Below, piece after piece: positions 44,442-51,864 of a stretch of 51,864 bases of DNA; the first letter of the stretch is position 1; the number at the start of each line of letters is the position of its first letter. Source of the stretch: Prasinococcaceae sp. CCMP 1430 (lineage: Eukaryota > Plantae > Prasinodermophyta); assembly GCA_013416795.1 (NCBI GenBank), contig RQSC01000028.1, positions 48,442 to 100,305 on the forward strand. The letters run 5' to 3'. The translations under genes and the position numbers were made by a program. The notes beneath the pieces are model-generated. The model worked only from the letters and a program-made list of their open reading frames with translations, ran no database searches and was not told the DNA's origin.

Positions 44442-45952
44442 TGGCGGACGGCGGCGAGGCCGGGGGCGGCGGCGCAGCGACGCGCGCGGCGGCGCAGGAG
44501 GCTGCCGAGCTGCGGCGTTCGCTGCAGAGGCAGCTGGCGGAGATTCAGAGGACCGAGGCCAAGCTGCGTGCCATCGAAGGGAGCGTCGATGACCACGATG
44601 GCACGGGCGACGCGGGCGACACAGGGGGCGACCGCCGACGCGCGCTAACGGCCCCGACGCTCCTCCTCATGGAGGACCGACAGCTGTGGCCCTACGGCCA
44701 CGTGGCGAGCTCGGCGGGCGACTACTTGCGCGCGCTCGAGGGTGTCGACAGCGCGTCCAGTACGGCCACGCCCCCCAGCGCCTTCGAGCTGGCGGCCAGA
44801 AACTTCGGGCTCGAGTTCGATGCGCTCATGAAATACATCAGAGGCGAAGAGGGAGGCGCGGGCGTGCCGTCGCAAGAGGCCGCTGAGGCTGGCGCCGCCG
44901 CCTCGGACGCTGCCTCCACCGCTACGGTGGCGTACGCCCGCATGCGCGAGCAACTGGCGTCGCTCACCCTGTCGAACGACGCCGTGTGGGAGCGCGAGAA
45001 CAGCCGCGAGCAGGTCCGCGCCCCGTGGGTGATCAAAGGTCCCTACCTCGTCCTGTGCTTGCTGCTGGACACGCTCTTCGACGGCCGGCCCATCGCGCGC
45101 TTCTGGTTCCTCGAGACAGTGGCACGGATGCCATATTTTTCCTACATCTCGTGCCTGCATTTGTACGAGAGTCTGGGGTGGTGGCGGCTGGGAATTCAGG
45201 TGAAGCGCGTCCACTTCGCTGAGGAGTTCAACGAGGCGCACCATCTGCTGACCATGGAGGCACTGGGCGGCGACGCGCGGTGGCGCGACCGATTCCTCGC
45301 GTACCACTCCGCGATTGTTTACTACTGGCTACTGGTGCTGGCATGGGTCGTGTCGCCCACGCTGGCCTACAACTTCAGCGAGCTCATCGAGGCGCATGCC
45401 GTAGACACCTACGAGCAGTTCTTGGAGGAGAACGAGGACACGCTGCGCGAGCTCCCCGCGCCGCCCATCTCGAAATACTACTGGGAAAACGAAACGTGCG
45501 TGCGGCAGCGCGCACGTGCGGGTGCGCGCGCACTGCGAGGCGCGCTCGCGCTTGCGCATGCGCACGGGGCAAAGCACACACACTGACGCACGCGAGCCCC
45601 CTGCACGCTCGCGCACAGCTTCATGTTCGACGAGTTCCAGACGGGTGCTCCCGTGGGCTCGCGCAGGCCGACCATTGACAACCTGCACGACGTGTTTTCA
45701 AACATTGCCCTCGACGAGGCCGCGCACGTTTCCACGATGGCGGACTGCCAGGACAGCGACTTCCTGGCGCGCTCCCCGAACTATGAGGCCATGGTCGCCG
45801 CCAGTGTGTTGACCGCATTGGCTGCGAATAGGTACCTGACCTCCATCGTTGAGGAGGCCGACGAGGAGGCGGGCGGCGTGGCGCTCGACGCCATCGGGAA
45901 TGCGCTCGCCAGGGCCGCTGCCGCCGCGGCGGAGCTGCTCCCCTTCGCGTAG
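44442..45952 (+). CDS. PTOX: Plastid terminal oxidase (AOX/PTOX family), 5' end in the gap; intron 45496-45618
   Basis: RFWFLETVARMPYFSY, HFAEEFNEAHHL, ELIEAHAVDTY, spliced FMFDEFQT, and NIALDEAAHV (di-iron ligands). Confidence 0.94.
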
Positions 45953-46328
45953 TGCGAATGCTGTGGCTCGCTGTTTGTCCGGTGATGCCCGCCCACACGA
46001 GAACGATCGAGAGGACGCAGGAGAGCGAAGCGAGGCAGCGAGGCGACCGGCGCACTCTGAAGAGCGGCGGCGCCGGACGTTCCCAAGCTCTGGGCAGTGT
46101 ACCATCGTACAGTATACGTAAAATCAGACTGTTGTACAAAAAGAGTATACTGCTGCGCATGTGTGTGCGTCTGCGCGTGTGTCTGTGCTGGTGCCTCTGC
46201 GCTGCTGCGTGGCGGTAGCGGGGCCCCCACGTGCCACACGCTGCCGGCACACCATCAAGGCCGCCCCCTCCTTACGCGCGGATGGCCACCTGACGCGGCC
46301 GCCGGCGGCCGCGTTGCCGACGCTGAGG

Positions 46329-49300
46329 ATGAGCACGGCGTTGCCGGCGACGCGCGGCACCCCCGGCGCGGCGGGCGCTGACGAGCGCGAGGCGGTGACC
46401 GTATGCGCAGCCTTCGCGCGTATGGTCGCGGCAGCGCCGCGCGCCCCCGCGCTGCGCTGGGTGCGCGGCGCGCCGGGCGGAGCGTGCGAGGAGTGGGAGT
46501 ACGAGCATGTGGCAGCTGCTGCTGCGCGTGGCGCGTGCTGGCTCGCACGAGCTGTCGGCGCGTCGGGGGAGAGAGCGTGCGGGCGCCCGCCGCTCGTCGG
46601 CGTGGCTGTGCCTGAGGGCGCCGCACTGCCGCTCGTCATGATGTCCGTCTTGCTGGCGGGCTGTGCGCCGGTGCCCCTCGACGCGCGTGGGGACCCGCCG
46701 CCACGACTCGCCGCGATGCTGGCGCGTGCGGCGCCTGCTGCATGTGTTGCGGCGGACGCGTGGACGCGCAGGGCATTGCTCGACGCTTGCGCCTTGGTCG
46801 GCGCTGGACGGGACCCAAGCGCCGTGCACACCCAGCGCTGCGAGCCGGCAGTGGTCACTGCTGATGAGCTCTTCGCGTGCCCTCAGGGCGTGGCATGCCT
46901 CGACGATGAAGAGCCGTTCGCGTCAGAGGGAATGCCCGCTCTCACGCCGCGCGCCGCTGAGGCGCTGGCCGCGCGCGTCAACGCCAGAGCGCACGCGGGC
47001 CCGCAAGCTGGCTCCCTCGTGGCGTCTCGCGTGGCGTCGCTTGCTGCGACCAACGTCTTTCCGCAAGCGGTGTCTCACGTCTACTTCACGAGCGGCTCGA
47101 GCGGAGCGCCGAAGGCATGCGTGGGCACCCACGCGTGCCTGGCGCGTTACGCCGTCGGCAAAAATGCGACGTTCGGCCTCAGCGCGGTCGACTGCGCCTT
47201 CGTTGCCTCGGCCCACACCTTCGACCCCTCTCTCGGGGACATCGCGGCGGCGTTTGCGTGCGGGGCGAGTGTAGCGCTCGCGCCGCGCGCCCTCGTGCTC
47301 GGGGGGCAAGGCGCGCTGCTGAGCGCATTGCGCGAAGCGCGCGCCACCACGCTCCTGTGCACGCCAACGCTACTGCGCCTCCTGCCAGAGGGCACCGCTC
47401 GTGCGCTGAGCACAGAGCTGCCCGACCTCAGAGTGGTGGGCCTGGGCGGTGAATGCATGCCAAAGGCTCTTGCTGCTGAGTGGGCGGCAGCAGGAGAGAC
47501 AGCGAAGGACCTCACGCTACTCAATTGCTACGGCCTCACCGAGTGCACTGTCTACCAGGCGTGCGCAGTGGTCCGGGGCGCAGCGTTCGCGCGAGCGCTC
47601 GGTCCCGGCCTCCGCCGGTCGCACACGGAGCTGCGCGTTGTGAGCGGCGACGGGTCCGATATCGACTCGGGTCGCCTCGTTTGTGCGCAGGACGAGCACA
47701 GTGTGGTCGGCGATGGTGAGCTTGGGGAGGTCTGGTACGTGCGTCCCATCTCCCGCGCGCCGTCGTGCCTTTGACATACGCAGATCCCGCATCACTGACG
47801 CACATGCGCACACGCGTGACCTGCACGCACGCCTGAACTTTGGCCCTCTGTGCAGGATCGTGGGCGGGCTCGTCGGCGAGGGCTACCTCGACCTATCCGC
47901 CGAGACAGCTCTGCGTTTCTCTGTCGGTCCCGACGGCCGCCGTCGCTTTCGAACGGGGGATGTGGCCTGCAACTCACCTGGCTGCGGTTGGGCCCTCGTC
48001 GGCCGCAAAGACGCGCAGGTGAAAGTGCGCGGTAGGCGCGTAGAGCTCGGTGACGTGGAGAACGCGCTCCTCGGAAACGCAGCGATATGTCAGGGACGAC
48101 CGCACGACGGCGTGGAGAGCCACGGAGCCGCAGCCGCTCACTCAAATGCTGACGCCAGTACGGATGCCAACCCGCGCGCAAGACTGGTGGGTGAGCTCAT
48201 TTCTGCGGCGGTGTGCACGCTCTCCGAAGGCGTGCTCGTCGCGGTGGGCGTTCTGCGAGAGGGGTGCGGCGTGAGGCCTAGCATCGAGGAGGGCGCCGAG
48301 GGTAGCGAGAACGAGCATCGCGGCCCTGACGAGCTCGATCCCGATGGCGACGTCGAGCGACGCCGCGTCGCGGCTGAGACCCTGCGAAGGCTGTGCGCCG
48401 ACGTGTTGCCAGCGCACATGGTGCCAGCGCGCATCGAGTTTGTGCGATCGCATACGAGCATACCAACCACGCAGTCAGGGAAGGTCTCGCGCGGTGCCCT
48501 GTCAAAGCTCGTCGCGCAGGCATCTTCGGCCCAACCGAGCGCGCCCAGCGGTGGCTCATCGCGCCCGCGCGGGCGAATGGAGCGCCTCGTTGCGCGCGCC
48601 TTCGAAGCCGAGCTTGGGGTGCGCGCACGCGGGCGTCACGTGAGCCTCCTCGCTCTTGGCGGCGATTCTCTGGCAGCGCTGCGAGTGTGCCAGCGCCTCG
48701 AGCCGGAGCTTTGCGCGCTACAAGGTGAAGGGGCGCACATTGCAGCGTGTGCCCGCGACTCCGAAGAGGCTGAGGATCGGGTCGGCGCCCCTGTGAGCGA
48801 AGGCGGGGCTTTCGGGGAGCTGATGGGTGCGCTGGGGCCTGCCGAGCTGTTGCGGCGCCCAAGCGTGAGGGACTTCGCCCGCCATCTCACTGCACACTTC
48901 AAGCCTGCCAGGGACTGCAGCACCCAGGAAGGCGAAGGGGAACCGGCTGAGGAGTGTGCGAGCGGCAGCGACAGCGACCAAGGTGGTACGGAGGATGGTG
49001 GCGTGGAAGTGGCCGGCGTTGCCGATTTCGGCGAGTCGCGCGACCTTGAGCTGCTGTGCGAGGCATGCCTGGCTGGTTGCGCGTGGGCTGTCCGTGCCCT
49101 GTGCATCGCCGGCTTCGTGGGCGCACACGCACATGCCAAGACGCACCGGGATACTGCCGAAAGCGCACGTGCGGACCCGTTGGTCTGTGCTGCATCGCGC
49201 GGGCGAGTGCAGTGCGTGCGCGTGCTGATTGCTCTTGCTCCGACGCCGGGCGTTCGCACAGGCGTGCTGCACGCCGCTTCGCGCGGAGGCTGCATCGCGT

Positions 49301-49842
49301 GCGTCGACGCGCTCGTGGAGCATCTGGGCGCAAAGGCACTGGCAGCTACAGATAGGGACGGTGCGAGCTGCGTTTGCGTGGCCGCACGCGCCGGCCACGC
49401 GCGCGTCCTCAAGCGGCTGCTCGCACTGTGCGCCGAGGGTGACAAGGCTCTCGCGAGAGCTGAGAAGGCACGGGGTGCGCGCGTCGTGGATTGGCGTGAC
49501 CGGTGCGTGCACAGCTTGTGCGGCTGCGCTGGGCGCGCGAACGCGCGCGCCCATGCCTGACTCCGCACCGCCCCCCTGCTGACCCGAGCGCACAGGTGGG
49601 GGCGCACCGCGCTCATGTGGGCCGCGTGCAATGGCCATGGTGGCTGCGTGCATGCGCTACTGGACGTGTGCGCGAGCGAGTCACTCGTGGACGCCGCGGG
49701 CGAGAGCGCGGTCGCCATCGCCGAGAGGCGCGCACAGTGCGGGGCAAGCGCGGGGCGCGCCTCCGTGTGGGCGGCCATCGCCGCTGCGCTCGGCGGCGCG
49801 GGGACGACCAAACGAGGGCGCGAGATGCGCGCGCGCGCGTAG
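46329..49842 (+). CDS. Stand-alone NRPS-like protein: adenylation - carrier (PCP) - ankyrin repeats; exons 46329-47734, 47856-49502, 49596-49842 (1099 aa)
   Basis: YFTSGSSGAPK (A3), TFDPS (A4), NCYGLTE (A5), GEVWIVGGLVGEGY (A6), FRTGD (A7), GRKDAQVKVRGRRVELGDVE (A8), LPAHMVP (A9), SGKVSR (A10); LGGDSL with Ser at 48667-48669; ankyrin-like units including DRWGRTALMWAACNGH. Confidence 0.9.
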
Positions 49843-49889
49843 GCCGCTGGGAAGCGACACATCGCAGTGCAAACACAAAATTAATAGAT

Positions 49890-51864
49890 TCACTCGTCGT
49901 GCATGAAGGCACCTGCTGGGCCTCCCGCCGGGCCTCCCGCCGGGCCATCGGCCAGTGCCACCTGCTGCGCGCCCGTCTCGGGAGCCTCGCGAGCCTGCCT
50001 GGCGGCGTCCGACGGCTGCCGAAGCGGCGCGTGCAGGTCCCTCCGCGCCATCCCGTCCGCGGCCGCCCCGTCGGGCACCGCGTAGAAGTCAGTAATCTGC
50101 CGGAGCTGCGCGCCCTCGTTTCCGGACCACAGCACAGAGAAGGCTGGCTCAATGCCGAGGCGCGTCGCGCGCGTCTGTTCGTACGACACAAACTGGATGC
50201 GCAGCAGCGTGGGCTCCCACAGGGGCGGCAAAGCATTGACTTGTCCCAGTCCGAAGCGCCTGTGCGCGATCCGCCTCTCGCTCAGGTCGACGATGCGTAT
50301 GATGCGCTCGTCAAACGTCGCGCACGGCACCGTCTCGAACGCATCAATCTCCGCTGCGTCGCGCGGCGCTACCTCTGACGCGGCCGAGTTCCCCCCCTCG
50401 CCCGCGTCGAGGGGCACGAAGAAGGTGAGCCGCTGCGCGGGGACGTTCGGGTCGCCGACGAGCTTGACGCACTCCAGTCTGCGGCAGTTCGCGGCGCGCG
50501 CGCTCAGAGGCGTGCCGCGCGGGCCGCCGCCCGCAATGGCGTCGTCCTCCGCGTCCGCCACCACCGCGGCAGTGCCGTGTGGCATGGGCCCCTCGCACGC
50601 GCGGAGGCTCACGAGCTCCATTCCATGACACCCGTAGCAGGCGCGGTACGCGCCGCACAGCTCCCAGGCGTCGCCCGCGAGGGCGTCCCCGCTGTCGCCT
50701 CCGTCCGGGCGCGCGCGCGGGGTGTCCTGCGCGCAGCTCCGGACCGCCGCGTCTCGGACGAACGCCGGCGTCGGCGTCGCTGCGACGGGGATGAGGCACA
50801 GCTCAGACGACGGCGGGAGCGGGGAGGGCACCGCGCGCGCGCCCAGCGCGCCCGAGATGGCCACCCCGCCCGCCCGCAGGATGCCGACAAGCGCGGACAT
50901 GACGCCGGGGTTGCCCTGGCCCTGCTCCTCCCCCTCCCCGCTGGGGGCGGTATCGTCGCCTGCGCCGTCCACGTGAGACCTGCTGCGCGGCACGTGCGGG
51001 CCGCGAACGCGCAGCAGCGGCCCCGCATGCTCCCCGAGTAATTCGAGGCGCCGGACGTACTCGTCGGGCGTCATGGCGTCGGGCGGCGGCACCTGCGCGC
51101 GCAGGAGCGCGGCCGTGCGAACGCCGCCGGCGCCTTGCAAGCGCGTGGCGCGGGCCTTCTCGAAGCGCGTGCCCCACAGGACGAGGCTCTCGGAGCCGCT
51201 GCCGCCGCCGTTGCTGTTGGCGGCCGGGGGAGGGGCGTGGGCCGCGTGGCACAGCACGGTGTCGCTCTGCTGCGCCTCGAACTCGCGCTCGGTGGGCGTC
51301 CAGGCCACGCTCGCGACAATGGCGAGGCCGCTGCTGTGATCGTCGAGGGCGCCATCGCTGCCACGCGCGAGGCCGTGCGCGTGCGCGCGCCCCTCGGCGT
51401 CGACGGCCTCGAAGCGCAGCAGCAGCTGGGGCTCGAACGCCTCGGCGCTGCGCGACGTGTGCCACGCGCACTCCTCCACGAGCTCCGCGATCCTGTGGCC
51501 GGGCGCGCCGCGCGCGTACGCCAGCGCGAGCTGGTCGTGCGCGAGGCGCAGCCGACCCCCTTGCCGCCATCGCAGCAGCACCACCGCGGCGGTGGGCGGC
51601 GGCGCGAGCACGGCGCAGTACGCCGCGCCGTCGCTCGCGCCGGCCGGCGCCGGGACGACCTCCCACCACGCGCCCCGAGCGCCCTCGGGCGCACCGATGG
51701 CGTCGTCTGCGTCGCCTTCGTCGTGGTCGGCGTCGTTGGCTTCGCGGTAGGCGCCTCCGCACGCGTAGCCGAGGCTCCTCAGCGCGGCCGCGGCGTGCGC
51801 CTCGCTGGGCAGGCGCAGCGCGTCGCGCACGCGCGCGAGGTCCGCGACGGGCCCGTATCCGGCC
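49890..51864 (-). CDS. DUF3506 / Cyclin-D1-binding-domain protein (domain shared with EXECUTER1/2 and FBXO31), 5' truncated by the window edge
   Basis: GAYRACYGCHGMELVSL and LECVKLVGDPNVPAQRLTF match the G.Y...YG.HG.E and KL.GDPNVPA...F motifs. Confidence 0.7.
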   Translation of the reverse strand, partial: AGYGPVADLARVRDALRLPSEAHAAAALRSLGYACGGAYREANDADHDEGDADDAIGAPEGARGAWWEVVPAPAGASDGAAYCAVLAPPPTAAVVLLRWRQGGRLRLAHDQLALAYARGAPGHRIAELVEECAWHTSRSAEAFEPQLLLRFEAVDAEGRAHAHGLARGSDGALDDHSSGLAIVASVAWTPTEREFEAQQSDTVLCHAAHAPPPAANSNGGGSGSESLVLWGTRFEKARATRLQGAGGVRTAALLRAQVPPPDAMTPDEYVRRLELLGEHAGPLLRVRGPHVPRSRSHVDGAGDDTAPSGEGEEQGQGNPGVMSALVGILRAGGVAISGALGARAVPSPLPPSSELCLIPVAATPTPAFVRDAAVRSCAQDTPRARPDGGDSGDALAGDAWELCGAYRACYGCHGMELVSLRACEGPMPHGTAAVVADAEDDAIAGGGPRGTPLSARAANCRRLECVKLVGDPNVPAQRLTFFVPLDAGEGGNSAASEVAPRDAAEIDAFETVPCATFDERIIRIVDLSERRIAHRRFGLGQVNALPPLWEPTLLRIQFVSYEQTRATRLGIEPAFSVLWSGNEGAQLRQITDFYAVPDGAAADGMARRDLHAPLRQPSDAARQAREAPETGAQQVALADGPAGGPAGGPAGAFMHDE

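Noticed and set aside
38428-49842. Biosynthetic gene cluster combining GT8 and the NRPS-like gene
   Set aside because: Separated by housekeeping ClpB and PTOX; no tailoring enzyme, transporter or PPTase nearby
1-51864. Autonomous transposon or viral insertion
   Set aside because: No transposase, reverse transcriptase, integrase or capsid motifs recognised; gap contents cannot be assessed

Overview
Gene-dense, very GC-rich eukaryotic nuclear DNA from a draft scaffold with seven N-gaps. Short GT-AG introns (GTGCG donors, CTGAC/CTAAC branch points) and plastid-function genes (PTOX, RbcX-II, CruP, ClpB, a CRTISO-like oxidoreductase) point to a green alga, probably prasinophyte-like (inference). 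About 23 protein-coding loci are visible: UNG, a CRTISO/CrtI-family oxidoreductase, kinesin-5 (frameshifted), an NSUN2-like methyltransferase, RbcX, CruP, NDUFAF7, RPL6, a PTC7-type PP2C, an MMD1/MS1-type PHD protein, RPSA, VPS41, a GT8 glycosyltransferase, ClpB, PTOX, an NRPS-like protein, a DUF3506/EXECUTER-domain protein and several hypotheticals. The most unusual element is a three-exon stand-alone NRPS-like gene: an AASDH-type adenylation domain, a carrier domain and ankyrin repeats, with no condensation, thioesterase, reductase or PQQ domain. Secondary candidates are an H/ACA-like RNA in the RPL6 intron, two structured intergenic segments sharing a motif, recurrent GTAC-palindrome and hexamer promoter motifs, and an apparent excess of 3n introns. 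Several missing start codons and the kinesin frameshift are probably assembly artefacts at (CG)n runs. All family calls come from motif recognition by eye; no searches were run.
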